Of a stretch of DNA of 64,000 nucleotides, positions 13,221 through 24,023 are shown piece by piece (the first letter of the stretch is position 1; each line of letters starts with the position of its first letter). Made by a program: the position numbers and the translations under genes. Source of the DNA: Squalus acanthias (taxonomy: Eukaryota). The stretch lies in the NCBI GenBank assembly GCA_030390025.1, contig CM059438.1:58902001-58966000 (forward strand), read 5' to 3'. The notes under the pieces are model-generated. The model did no database searches and had not been told where the DNA came from. It saw only the letters and a program-made list of their open reading frames with translations.

Positions 13221-16200
13221 CTAATTGTGCTTTATCTTCCTCTTACGCGTGCTTCTACATGGTGCTTCCCCTGTGGCTTCAGCAGATGTGGAGGCACCTT
13301 GCTCACTTTCATGCTGCTCCTGCTTCGACACCTTTGGCGGACGTCCTCTGGGTTTACTAGCCTGAGGGGGCTCGGCAATCTACATCCTAGGGTACTTAAG
13401 GAAGTAGCCCTAGAAATAGTAGATGCATTGCTGGTCATCTTCCAAAATTCTATAGTCTCTGGAACAGTTCCCATGGATTGGAGGGTAGCTAATGTTACCC
13501 CGCTGTTCAGAAAAGGTGGTAAAGAAAAAACGGGGAATTATAGACTGGTAAGCCTGACATCGGTTGTGGGGAAAATGCTAGAGTCCATTATAAAAGATGT
13601 AATAGCAGAGCACTTGGAAAACAGTGACAGGATTGGACAAAGTCAACATGGATTTACAAAAGGTAAATCGTGCTTGACTAATCTACTGGAATTTTTTGAG
13701 GATGTAACTGATAGAATAGATAAGGGAGAACCAGTGGATGTGGTGTATTTGGACTTTCAGAAGGCTTTCGATAAGGTCCTGCATAAGAGATTAGCGTGTA
13801 AAGTTAAGGCACATGGGATTGGGGGCAAGGTACTGACTTGGATAGAGAACTGGTTGGCAGACAGGAAGCAAAGAGTTGGAATAAACGGGTCTTTTTCCGA
13901 GTGGCAGGCAGTGACTAGTGGGGTTCCACAGGGATCGGTCCTAGGGCCCCAGCTATTCACTATATATATTAATGATCTAGACGTAATATCTCCAAGTTTG
14001 CAGATGACACAAAGCTGGGTGGGCATGTGTGCTGCGAGGAGGATGCTGAGAAACTCCAGTATGATTTGGACAGGTTGGGTGATTGGGCAGAAGCATGGCA
14101 GATGCAGTATAATGTGGATAAATACGAGGTTATCCACTTTGGTGGCAAAAACAGAAAGGCAGATTATTATCTGAACGGCAATAGATTGGGAGAAGGGGAA
14201 GTGCAACGAGACCTGGGTGTCCTTGTGCACCAGTCGCTGAAGGTAAGCATGCAGGTACAGCAGGCGGTTAAGAAGGCAAATGGTATGTTGGCTTTCGTAG
14301 CGAGAGGGTTTGAGTACAGGAACAAGGATGTCTTGCTGCAGCTGTACAGGGCCTTGGTGGGTATTGTGTGCAGTTTTGGTCGCCTTATCTGAGGAAGGAT
14401 GTTCTTGCCATGGAGGGTGTGCAGCGAAGATTCACCAGACTGATACCTGAGATGGCAGGAATGACGTACGAGGAGAGATTGGGTCGATTGGGCTTATACT
14501 CGCTGGAGTTTAGAAGAATGAGAGGAGATCTCATTGAAACTTATAAAATTCTAACAGGGCTAGACAGACTGGATGCAGGAAGGATGTTCCCGATGGCGGG
14601 TGAGTCCAGAACAAGAGGTCACAGTCTAAAGATAAGGGGTAAGCCATTTAGGACAGAGATGAGGAGGAATTTCTTTACCCACAGAGTGGTGAACCTGTGG
14701 AATTCTCTACCACAGAAGGCAGTTGAGGCCAAGTCAGTAAATATATTCAAGAAGGAGTTAGATATATTTCTTAAGGCTAAAGGTATCAAGGGATATGGGG
14801 AGAAGGCAGGGACAGGGTACTGAGTTTGGATGATCAGCCATGATCTCATCGAATGACGGAGCAGGCTCGAGGGGCCGAATGGCCTACTCCTGCTCCTATC
14901 TTCTATGTTTCTATGTTAGTCTGCTCCTCCTGCGTCTGTGCAGGGGCTGAGACGCCCATCTCAGTTGGGTGAGGACTCTGACCAAGGGCTACTCAGTGGC
15001 ATGGGAGTGTGAGCGCTTGGAGAGGAGCCCCCACTTCCTTGTTGTCTGCCACCAACATTCCTCTCATGGGTCAGTCCCACTTCAGTGCTAGCAAGTGGCT
15101 TGACAGCACCTTGCTGCACATCAGGGGGGCCATGATGACCCGTATCTGCACTAGCAGTCCTCCTCAAAAGGACTTCCATGAAGCTCTGGTTTCTCTGCTC
15201 AATAGCTGCCCATCGCTTCTCCAGAGATGTCAGTCTATTCTGAACATTCACCATGTTTTCCTGACTCTGGTGACTTATTTCCTCCATGGCCGTAGCCATC
15301 CTCTCCTCTCCCTCCAGAGAGGGAGCCATCCTTACCATGGAGCTAGCCATCCTTTCCACGGAGGTTGCCATCCTTTCCGTGGTGGTGCATCATGCGCCAT
15401 TGCCTCCACAAAGGCACTGCTCATGTTAGAGATGGACGCCTCCATCCTCTCCACACTCGCAGTAACCCTGGAGACAAAACCTGCAGAGACTCCTGCACTT
15501 GTTCCTGGAGTTCCAGCACTGCTCTCTTTCTGGATGGCCCCAGAGGCACAGGGTCGACATGCAGCTGAGCAGAGCTGGGAGCGCCCTGTGCCCTCCGACA
15601 AGGACTCTCCACTGCTGTCCCTGTCTCCACCATCTGCTGATGCTCACTTGTGATACACCAGGTGACAACACTACTCTATGTCGCGAAGGTCCCACTGAGG
15701 TGTGCGTATCTGTGCTGGTGCTGGTGCTGGGTGCGCTTAATTCTGCTGACGCTGCGCCCTCAGAGGTTGCAGGTTCCTCTGAGGAGTCTGGGGGCTCAGG
15801 CTCTTCCTCCTGGACAGTGGGGAGGGGGGCTGTCGATGGTCCTGTGGGGGAGTAAAGGCATGAGTTAGACATGTGATATAAACGTAGCATGCACATGAAA
15901 TTGTGCAGATGATCATAAGTCAATCTGTATGAACATCAAATGCCATATCAGTCACTCATGCAATGTAAATGAGAGAGATGCAAATCTATTCTGTCACCAG
16001 CTTGCTCTGCTGCGCCTGTCTGACCATCCCCCACTTCCAGATCCTCATCGCCTCCAATGATTTCCAGAGCCACCTCCTTAGCGTTGGTGAAATGGGCTAT
16101 GGAAGGTGGCCCTCCTTCTGTCATAGCCCTCTCCCTCTTATTGTGGGCTCTCTTTTCCTGTAATGAGGGACACAAGTGGAGTTTGAGTGAGAATGATGGA

Positions 16201-16738
16201 GTGAGTGTAGAGAAGCCATAGCATAGATGCTTAGAAGGAGACAAAGATGGAGTGAGGTGCCAATAAAGGGCCCTCCCTGTGCATTGTTAGTTGTTGTCAT
16301 AGCATCACAGTGATAGCGAGTGTGAGGGCAGCATAGTCGAATAGTGAAGTGATTGTGTACATAGAGAGAGAGGGATGGTTAAGGGTGCAAGGGATGTAAG
16401 GGTAAAGTGGGATGTGCAGGAGTAGGTTGACAGTGCAGAGTGCTGGTGATGAGAGCAGATGGGGAGCAGATTGAGGCCAAGTGTGATGTTATAATCACTT
16501 TTCCTAAGCGGACCAGGCCATTGAACCTTTTTCTGCACTGCACCCAGGTTCGAGTGCACATGGATCTGGAGCTCACCTCCTGAGCAATTTGCAGCCAGAC
16601 TGCTTTGGTTTGCTGTGGTGGCTTCTTCCGCCCACAGGATGGGAAGAGTGCCTCCTTGTGCCCTCTGACTCCCTCCACAAGAGCATGGAGGGAGTCATCA
16701 TCAAATCGGGGAGAAGCTTTGGCCCTTGAGGTAGTCAT
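13221..16738 (-). pseudogene. Harbinger Myb/SANT (trihelix) DNA-binding protein gene, 3 exons, disrupted
   Basis: Exon 1 16738-16499 (PRFDDDSLHALVEGV...WLQIAQEVSSRSMCTRTWVQCRKRFNGL). Exon 2 16157-15998 (EKRAHNKRERAMTEGGPP). Exon 3 starts at 15841. Splice phases are compatible. The C-terminus ...PRGRPPK...[11 protein letters not shown] at 13370-13221 is split off by a CR1 insertion. Confidence 0.8.
13374..14917 (+). mobile_element. CR1 LINE, 5'-truncated, nested in the Harbinger
   Basis: RT ORFs 13227-14174, 14027-14392 and 14368-14823; (ttctatgt)n tail. Confidence 0.95.
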
Positions 16739-16972
16739 GGCAGCAGTTGTCAGAAGAAATCCAGCAGCAAATAATGAGAATGAACCAAGGCTGCATGGGC
16801 CCCTTAAAAGCAGCTGTCTCACAGACGTCAGTAGAGGCGAGTTACAGACCCAAAACACTAATTGGCCAGGGGAGCGCACACGCAGTGACTCAATTAGGGC
16901 AAAATCGCTCATTTTTACTGGCTGAAAGCAGCGGCGGGATCGGAACCCGCCCCCAACGGAAAAATCGCAGCC

Positions 16973-17078
16973 GTTAACTCTGTTTCTCTCTCCACAGATG
17001 TTACCTGACCTGCTGAGTGTTTCCAGCATTTTCTGTTTTTATTTCAGATTTCCAGCATCTGCAGCATTTTGCTTTTTA
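16973..17078 (+). mobile_element. terminal fragment of a retroelement (probably Penelope-like), split by the Harbinger
   Basis: The empty site rebuilds as ctgaaacgttaactctgtttctctctccacagatg...cctgacctgctgagtgtttccagcattttctg, which I recall as a common shark repeat end. Confidence 0.5.
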
Positions 17079-17079
17079 C

Positions 17080-17296
17080 CAGAGGTCCCTGGCTTCGTGG
17101 AAGAGGAGGGACAACCCAAAGTGCAACTGTGGCCGTGAGTCCCAGACCGTGGAACACATCACATCAACCTGCCCACTAAGATCTGTTGCGGGAGACACCT
17201 CATTTCTCCACTCGGCATCTCAGAAGGCCATCGACTGGATCGTCAAACTAGACATCCCATTATAAGCTTCTCCCGTCATACAAAAGTAGTAGCAGC
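17080..17296 (+). mobile_element. Ingi/Vingi-like LINE 3' end
   Basis: WKRRDNPKCNCGRESQTVEHITSTCP...AIDWIVKLDIPL* (CxC...H...C zinc knuckle), a very short 3' UTR and a catacaaaagtagtag tail. Confidence 0.65.
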
Positions 17297-17312
17297 AAAC
17301 AGTCCATTTAAA

Positions 17313-17382
17313 CAGTAAACAGAGTCTACTTAATCAGTAAACAGAGTCTACTTAATCAGTAAACAGAGTCTACTTAATCAGT
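17313..17382. repeat. 22-bp tandem repeat x3 (cagtaaacagagtctacttaat)
   Basis: Direct inspection. Confidence 0.9.
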
Positions 17383-17397
17383 CTCTATGAACTACAG

Positions 17398-17714
17398 CAA
17401 ACACGGTGGCATAGTGGTTAGCACTGTTACCTCACAGCGCCAGGAACCCGGGTTCGAATCCGGCCTAGGGTGACTGTCTGTGTGGAGTTTGCACATTCTC
17501 CCCGTGTCTGCGTGGGTTTCCTCCGGGTGCTCCGGTTTCCTCCCACAGTCCAAAGATGTGCGGGTTAGGTTGATTTGGCTATGATAAATTGACCCTTAGT
17601 GTTAGGGGGTTTAAATACGTGGGGTTACGGGGATAGGGTGGGATATGTGTCGGTGCAGGCTCGATGGGCCGAAATGGCCTCTATCTGTACTGTGGGGATT
17701 CTGTGATTCTGTGA
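17398..17714 (+). mobile_element. HE1-type V-SINE
   Basis: tRNA head (tggcatagtgg A box, ggttcgaatcc B box), V-domain tgtgtggagtttgcacattctccccgtgtctgcgtgggtttcctccggg and a CR1-type tail gatgggccgaaatggcct...(attctgtg)n. Confidence 0.92.
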
Positions 17715-17857
17715 GAACTCATGACTGAAACTACTACAGTCTACAGCAAAACTGAAACTCCCGATAAAAGCAAGATTATTTCTCCAGCAAAATGCAGAGA
17801 GTGGAGGATAGTTACATAATACAAATTATGTGCATAAAATCAATCCCAGTTACTTAC

Positions 17858-17931
17858 AGCAGTGCGCTCTCCGGGCGTGACTGACGGGGGAATTACCCAA
17901 TCCTCCATTCTGTCTGGGACTTGTGGTCTCA
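17858..17931 (-). CDS. tentative 74-nt exon of the TPR/CHAT gene
   Basis: gcatatag|TG...GCT|gtaagt, a strong donor, phase 1/0. Encodes RPQVPDRMEDWVIPPSVTPGERTA in non-repetitive sequence. Confidence 0.4.
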
Positions 17932-18039
17932 CTATATGCAGTCAAAACTAATTAGCTTTAAATTTCCAATGCCATTAGAGCAGCCTCAAGGACCTCTTTA
18001 CAAATGTGTTATGTCAACATAGAGCTGAAGATGTGGTAC

Positions 18040-18070
18040 CTATCAAAGCCAGTGGTGTACCAAGGGGCAT
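18040..18070 (-). CDS. tentative 31-nt micro-exon of the TPR/CHAT gene
   Basis: ctctgtag|ATG...ATAG|gtacca, phase 0/1 (MPLGTPLALI). The only support is that it bridges the phase to the 17858-17931 candidate. Confidence 0.3.
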
Positions 18071-18149
18071 CTACAGAGTAGGCGGATAGTTACTGGAGGG
18101 TGGATTAGCTAAATTTTTGGAGTACAACTTTTGTTGCTTAGGCAACAGA

Positions 18150-18420
18150 AAGGATAAAATGTACCACCAGATCATGGCTGTGTTTGGGCTCTCGCTGAGT
18201 GGGGGTAACCTACCATGGAAGGCATCACAACAGAGCCCAGCCCTTTTATCACTCAACCTACACAGGCACGTGAATTTTCCAGGAGGAATCAACCAATAAG
18301 CAACCAGGAGCAGGAACCCTGGCTGATTTTGCCTCTCTCTAGCCCAGGGACAACATTGCTAATCCTACCACAGCCCTAACTGATATCAGCACAGACTGGG
18401 ATGAGCGTTGGGACCTTTGT
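18150..18420 (-). mobile_element. old SINE-like repeat (related copies ~60760-61020 and ~61330-61980)
   Basis: Shared diverged motif cctgggctag...cagccagggttcctgctcct in three places. Confidence 0.45.
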
Positions 18421-19001
18421 GGTGTGTATGCCTCAGTGTCACATTCGGCAGCACATTATCCACCAGGCCATTCAGCACTTCCCTCACCTAGTCATTATCC
18501 ACCAGGCCATTTGGCACTTCCTCACCCAATCTTACATTTATATAGCACCTTTCACGTCCTCCGGATTACCCAAAGCACTTCACAGCCAATTAAGTACTTT
18601 TTGAAGTGTAGTCACAGTTAAGAAGGCAAATGGTATGTTGGTCTTCGTAGCGAAAGGGTTCGAGTACAGGAACAAGGATGTCTTGCTGCAGTTGTACAGG
18701 ACCTTGGTGAGACCACATCTTGAGTACTAAGTGCAGTTTTGGTCGCCTTATCTGAGGAAGGATGTTCTTGCCATGGAAGGAGTTCAGCGAAGATTCACCA
18801 GGTTGATACCTGGGATGGCAGGAATGACGTATGAGGAGAGATTGGGTCGATTGGGCTTATACTCGCTGAAGTTTAGAAGAATGAGAGGGGATCTCATTGA
18901 AACTTATAAAATTCTAACAGGACTAGACAGACTAGATGCAGGAAGGATGTTCCCGATGGCCGGGGAGTCCAGAACCAGGGGTCACAGTCTAAGGATAAGG
19001 G

Positions 19002-19134
19002 CCATGATGTGGAGATGCCGGTGTTGGACTGGGGTGGACAAATGTGAGAAGTCACACAACACCAGGTTATAGTCCAACAGTTTTATTTGAAATCACAAGC
19101 TTTCGGAGCGCTGCTCCTTCGTCAGGTGAAGTCA
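19002..19134 (-). mobile_element. 133-bp Penelope-like terminal fragment inserted in the CR1
   Basis: Removing it restores ataaggggtaagcc, as in the sister CR1 near 14632. It carries a hammerhead core and aataaa. Confidence 0.75.
19093..19129 (-). ncRNA. minimal type I hammerhead ribozyme
   Basis: Minus strand reads ucac-CUGACGA-aGGAGCagcGCUCC-GAAA-gc-UU-guga. The core is intact, with a 5-bp stem II, a palindromic AAGCUU stem III and a ucac/guga stem I. Confidence 0.75.
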
Positions 19135-19816
19135 GTAAGCCATTTTGGACTGAGATGAGGAGGAATTTCTTCACCCAGAGAGTGGTGAACCTGTGGAATT
19201 CTCTACCACAGAAGGCAGTAGAGGCCAATTCATTAAATATATTCAAGAAGGAGTTAGATATATTTCTTAAAGCTAAAGGGATCAAGGGATATGGGGAGAA
19301 GGCAGGGACAGGGTACTGAATTTGGATGATCAGCCATGATCTCATTGAATGGTGGAGCAGGCTCGAGGGGCTGAATGGCCTGCTCCTGCTCCTATCTTCT
19401 ATGTTTCTATGTTTCTATGTAATGTAGATAACCGAGCAGCCAATTTTTGCACAATAAGGTCCCACAAACAGCAATGAGATAAATGACCAGATAATCTGTT
19501 TTAGTGATGTTGGTTGAGGAATAAATATTGGCCAGGAGATCTCTCCTGCTCTACTTCGAAATAGTGCCATGGGATCTTTTATGTCCACCTGAGAAGGCAG
19601 ACGGGGTTTAATGTCTCAACCAAAAGACAGCACCACTGACAGTGCAGCACTCCCTCAGTACTGCACTAAAGTGTCAACCTAGATTTTGTGCGCAAGTCTC
19701 TGGAGTGGGCCTTGAACCCACAACCTTCTGATTCAGAGGCGAGAGTGATACCCACTGAGCCAAGGCTGACACTTTTACCCACCAGGCCATTTAGCACTTC
19801 CTCATCCAATCATTAC

Positions 19817-20893
19817 CTTGTTTCGTTTGCCGACAATGGTTTGCCTCAGCCTTCGTCTGGGGATGATCCTGGCCTCAGTCTCGTAAAGCAGGGGCCTGTT
19901 CTTCAGCAGCCGCACGAACTGGTAGATCTGCTCGTGGATAGCTTCTGACACTGCACTGCTGGTGGCGTGAAAGTAGACCACGCCTTCCCTCGCCTTCAGC
20001 ATCCACACAAAAAGGCCGGTTTCCACCAATGAGTAGTACAACACAGGCCCAGAGACGCCATCCAGGAGGCCGTAAATCTCCTCCAAGCTCGGGATGATTA
20101 ATGTTGAAGATTCATCCATCGCAATGTTCCATGCTGGGGGTTCCTCTTTCATGAATGTACATGTTAGAAATCGGTGTCTCCTGCCAGCCTCTGCATACTG
20201 CAGTGTCTTCACATGGTTACCTAGTTTTTCAAGGACTGACTGGATCCCATCATAGCTCTCCAGAAGAACATCATTGATTTCTTTCGGTAGCATGATTCCT
20301 TCAACTGTGTATTTCCTACTAAGCCAATGGTAATACGCTATCACTTCCTTAAAGGCCTTGCATCCTTTCATCAGTTCCTTTGCAGAGTAGGAGAACTGGC
20401 AGCTGCACGCAATCTTGAATTTACACTTGTAGATCAACTCATCCTCCCCAGACTCCTCTATGGCTTCCAGAGCCTGTTCGTAGAAGTACAACGCATGCTG
20501 ATAATGAGCTGTCCCTTTATAAACCTCCGCTAAACCCAGTGCAGCCTGGCACTTCAGTTTGGGATCATCTCCCTTGCTGTCATGATCCCAAGCTTGTTGG
20601 TACCAGTTTGTTGCCTCCTCGAAGTTCTCCGTTGTCCTGTATATATCCCCGAGTCTAATCAGCGCTGCTAATCGAGGCTGCCGCTCTCCTAGGGCTCTGG
20701 ACAAGTTCAGACTCTGGTGAGCGTGGGTCAGTGCAAGATCATAGTTACCGAGCGCAATATGAACCATACCCATTGCACCATGACCCTCAGCCGCGGCTGC
20801 GTTGTTGCCCAGCAACTTGCTCAGCTCACAATACTGCTGGTAGTTAATCACCGACTCATTGTAAAGCCCCAATTTCTCTTGTAGTTTGGCAAC
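19817..20893 (-). CDS. TPR/CHAT gene large coding exon 7 (TPR array and pre-CHAT region)
   Basis: ttgcag|GTT...AAG|gtaatg, 1077 nt open, phase 0/0. Multiple TPRs (GHGAMGMVHIALGNYDLALTHAHQSL; LGLAEVYKGTAHYQHALYFYEQAL), then YDGIQSVLEKLG..LQYAEAGRR and VLYYSLVETGLFVWML, which resemble the TTC28 pre-CHAT segment. Confidence 0.92.
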
Positions 20894-21095
20894 CTGCAAC
20901 ACAAACAAACAGTGAGTCAGCACCTTCTACCTACCAATGCTTCCCAGCTCTCCAAATCCTCTCTGAAGGGCTTTCAGTGATGAAAACACTGGGGAGAATT
21001 TCTTCCCTTTTGCACCCAGGAAACACTCAGTTAGAAAAAGGGCTGGAATCGCACTAAGCCAGCTCCCCGTCCCCTTTGTGTTGACCCCAGGATTT

Positions 21096-21430
21096 CAACA
21101 ACAACTTGCATTTATACAGCGCCTTTAATGTAGTAAAACATCCCAAGGCGCTTCACAGGAACATTATCAAACAAAATTTGACACTGAACCACATAAGGGG
21201 ATAATTAGGACAGGTGACCAAAGGCTTGGTCAAAGAGGCAGGTTTTAAGGGGCATCTTAAAGGTGGAAAGAAAGGTCGAGATACGGAGAGGCAGAGTTTA
21301 GGGGCATAGACAGCCGAAGGCACTGCCAATGAAAATTGGGGATGTGCAAGAGGCCAAAATTGGGAGGAGCGCAGAGATCTCGGAGGGTTGTAGGGCTGGA
21401 GAAGGTTACAGGGATAGGGAGGGGCATCAT
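21096..21430 (-). mobile_element. L2-type LINE 3' fragment
   Basis: Ends in aaggcgctgtataaatgcaagttgttgttg, the same tail as the DeuSINEs. The upstream part is not SINE core. Confidence 0.6.
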
Positions 21431-22093
21431 TTGAAGGCCATCCCTCGAGGCAGGCCTTCAGCAGCAGCTGGATTGCAGCCTATCCCCACCACCCACCTCA
21501 ATTCTGAGCATATGCTCCTGCGCTGGGGACACAATGGGGTTGTGCGAACGACCGGAACCCGAATCTACAGGCGGGTTGACGTCGGGTCAGGCGGAGCACA
21601 CTTTCAGTTGCACTCTGCCTGATTATAATCCAGTCAGAAGAGAGGGGGGTGGGTAAAGAGAGGAATTTGGACCATGTAGCTAGATCAGAGTGACAGGGTG
21701 AAATCGAACTATCCAGCTATCAATTTGACAAGTTCCAATATGCACACGATGCAATACATACCACATTATAAACAGAGGCAGAGTAATGTCTATGGTATTT
21801 ACTAATGTCATAAAACATCAAGAGAAATTACAACCAGTGTAAAATCTCCAGCATAATAACAGCATCAGTCTGAAGTTACCTGCTGTTACTGCAAACTAAC
21901 AGTATCTGCATGATATGATGTGTATTCTTTTTCTGCCATCCTTTTCCAGCCCCAGTTCACATTCTTCATCCATGAGGCAGGAAACATTGCTCATGCACAG
22001 AGGAGAAGCAACACAGGATTATGGGGCAATTTATCACAACCCCAAAAACAGCCGACTTTTCATCCCTGGCATGAACAGCGCATAAAGGGGTAA

Positions 22094-22308
22094 GGTATTC
22101 CCCTCCCAACACTCTCTTCAGGCAGAGGGTGGGGTATTCCTGACTATCCCTCCCAACACTCTCTTCAGGCAGAGGGTGGGGTATTCCTGACTATCCCTCC
22201 CAACACTCTCTTCAGGCAGAGGGTGGGGTATTCCTGACTATCCCTCCCAACACTCTCTTCAGGCAGAGGGTGGGGTATTCCTGACTATCCCTCCCACCAT
22301 TCTCTTCA
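22094..22308. repeat. 47-bp minisatellite, ~4.4 copies
   Basis: tcccaacact recurs at 22104, 22151, 22198, 22245 and (variant) 22292. Confidence 0.95.
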
Positions 22309-22470
22309 GATGAAGGGCAGGATGCTTCCAAAAAATCCCCCTCCTTCCTTAACCACAGGATATTTTTCACTCCCTGGCAGAGCAGTTTGGTCTCTGCACT
22401 GAAAACCTACAATGCTCTGGAACACCTCCAGCACCTCAGCATTTAGTTCCCCTTTAGAGACTCTGACTCT

Positions 22471-22916
22471 CAGTGTCAGCTGTGGCTCAGTGGGTAGCAC
22501 ACTCACCTCTGAGTCAAGAAGGTTGTGGGTTCAAGTCCCACTCCAGGGACTTGAGCACATAAAGCTAGGCTGACACTCCAGTGAAGTGCTGAGGGAGTGC
22601 TGCACTGTCAGAGGTGCCGTCTTTCGGATGAGACGTTAAACCGAGGCCCCGTTTGCTCTCTCAGGTGGACGTAAAAGATTCCATGGCGCTATTTCGAAGA
22701 AGAGCAGGGGAGTTATCCTTGGTGTCCTGGCCAATATTTATCCCTCAATCAACATTTACCCGCTGTTTGTGGGAGATTGCTGTGTGCTAATTGGCTGCCC
22801 CGTTTCCCACATTACAACAGTGACTCCACTTCAAATAGTACTTCATTGGCTGTGAAGCATTTTCGGATGTCCGGTGGTCGTGAAAGGCGCTTTATAAATG
22901 TAAGTCTTTCTTTTTT
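22471..22916 (+). mobile_element. full-length DeuSINE (SacSINE1-type)
   Basis: A box tggctcagtgg, B box ggttcaagtcc, Deu core and tail gaaaggcgctttataaatgtaagtctttctttt. Confidence 0.9.
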
Positions 22917-23212
22917 AAGATGGTGGATGATTTGTTTGGCCATTTGCAGCTCTACTCTGTAACCTTCCAAAGGAGACACTCTTGTGGAAAGGGATGATAA
23001 ATATTCCTGTCTGAGGTGGAAGCTGCTCAAACATTAGACATTTCACCCACTACTGGCCCAGGAACAATCTGAAACTAATCCAGCCGACAGCAGATCCGAT
23101 TCGATCACGGTCAGACAAAACAGTTATCTTAATGGCAAACACATTGCTCAACCCGCTCTCAGCTCACTCTCAATCATGATCAAGAATTCCAAAAGAGTTT
23201 GAAACTACCCAC

Positions 23213-23384
23213 CTGATGGTAAGCAGCTGTGACATCCTGACAGTACCCCTGAGGCAGTCCCCCTACCAAGTGTTCCAGGTACTTCTTCCCAAACGTCAAT
23301 GCTTTCTGGTACTGATGAATAATACAATAGGCCTCGGTCAGGTTCAGATACACAGCCATCTCTCTCTCCGAGCTCCAGAATTCT
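23213..23384 (-). CDS. TPR/CHAT gene coding exon 6
   Basis: ttgctgcag|A GAA...CAG|gtgggt, 172 nt, phase 2/0, exactly complementing exon 5 across the 25.8-kb intron. TPR motif MAVYLNLTEAYCIIHQYQKALTFGKKYLE. Confidence 0.85.
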
Positions 23385-23591
23385 CTGCAGCAAATAAACA
23401 ACAGCACTGGAGTCAAGATCACTTTGGTTGTTACAAAATCCACTTTGCTTTGGAGTACGTAGAGTCTCAAGGGGAACTGAAGTATGAGGAGATGACCAAG
23501 TATCACCGCTGATAGCAGGACCGTCCGAGCATTGGATAACTTCTCCACTGTACAACTACTCAGCGACCATTCCGTTTGTAATAGAACAAGA

Positions 23592-23700
23592 GCCAGTTTG
23601 GCTCAATTTGTCGCACTCTCACTTCTGAGTCAGAAGGCCACAGGTTCTAAGCTCCACTCCAGAATCAGAGCACATACTCAAGGCTGACACTTGAGGGACG
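23592..23700 (+). mobile_element. DeuSINE 5' head fragment
   Basis: tggctcaatttgtcgcactctcacttctgagtcagaagg...aggctgacact resembles 22482-22577. Confidence 0.7.
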
Positions 23701-24023
23701 TGAGCTATTATTTTAATAATACATGGGTTAACCACGCAGTGGTTTTCACTGCCTTTCAGAGATGTTTGGTCTTAACACTGAAAACATCCAATTCTATGGA
23801 ACGCCTCCATCATCTGTAGCACTGCTGAGCAGGTCGGGACCTCGGTCTGGCCTAACAGCAGCCTGTCAATCACTTAATTACTCCGGAAAGGTGCAGTGGA
23901 GGCAGAGTCAAAGCAGATGGGCAGCCTTTATATTGGTCGCATTCAGCTGCATGTTCACAAGGAAACTTACTTTTTGTGACACTTCAGAAGAGAAAAAAAT
24001 TCTACGACAAACAAAAGCCTTTC

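Larger units (their letters stand above)
12313..16972. mobile_element. PIF/Harbinger DNA transposon, transposase mostly deleted, CR1 nested inside
   Basis: Imperfect TIRs gggctcgattttgcc / ggaaaaatcgcagcc and an inverted subterminal motif ggcgggttccgatccc (~12384 and ~16950). 3-bp duplication (GTT). Contains a convergent Myb/SANT gene and a transposase N-terminus. Confidence 0.8.
18617..19419 (+). mobile_element. CR1 LINE 3' fragment, same subfamily as 13374-14917
   Basis: Near-identical to ~14267-14917; (ttctatgt)3 tail. Confidence 0.93.
18530..19771 (-). mobile_element. DeuSINE split by a CR1 insertion (pieces 18530-18618 and 19419-19771)
   Basis: The SINE sequence gtgtagtcacagtt|gtaatgtag resumes after the CR1 tail. 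Confidence 0.85.

Noticed and set aside
3025..14917. Active CR1 or a domesticated reverse transcriptase
   Set aside because: Every ORF2 copy has multiple frameshifts or stops.
17398..17470. tRNA genes at the A/B-box heads (also ~22475, ~56055 and ~61416)
   Set aside because: They run straight into SINE or LINE bodies, and I could not fold a complete cloverleaf.
19802..20923. Prokaryotic TPR-CHAT (CRISPR-associated protease) or horizontally acquired gene
   Set aside because: The ORF is an internal exon of an intron-rich vertebrate gene surrounded by vertebrate repeats.
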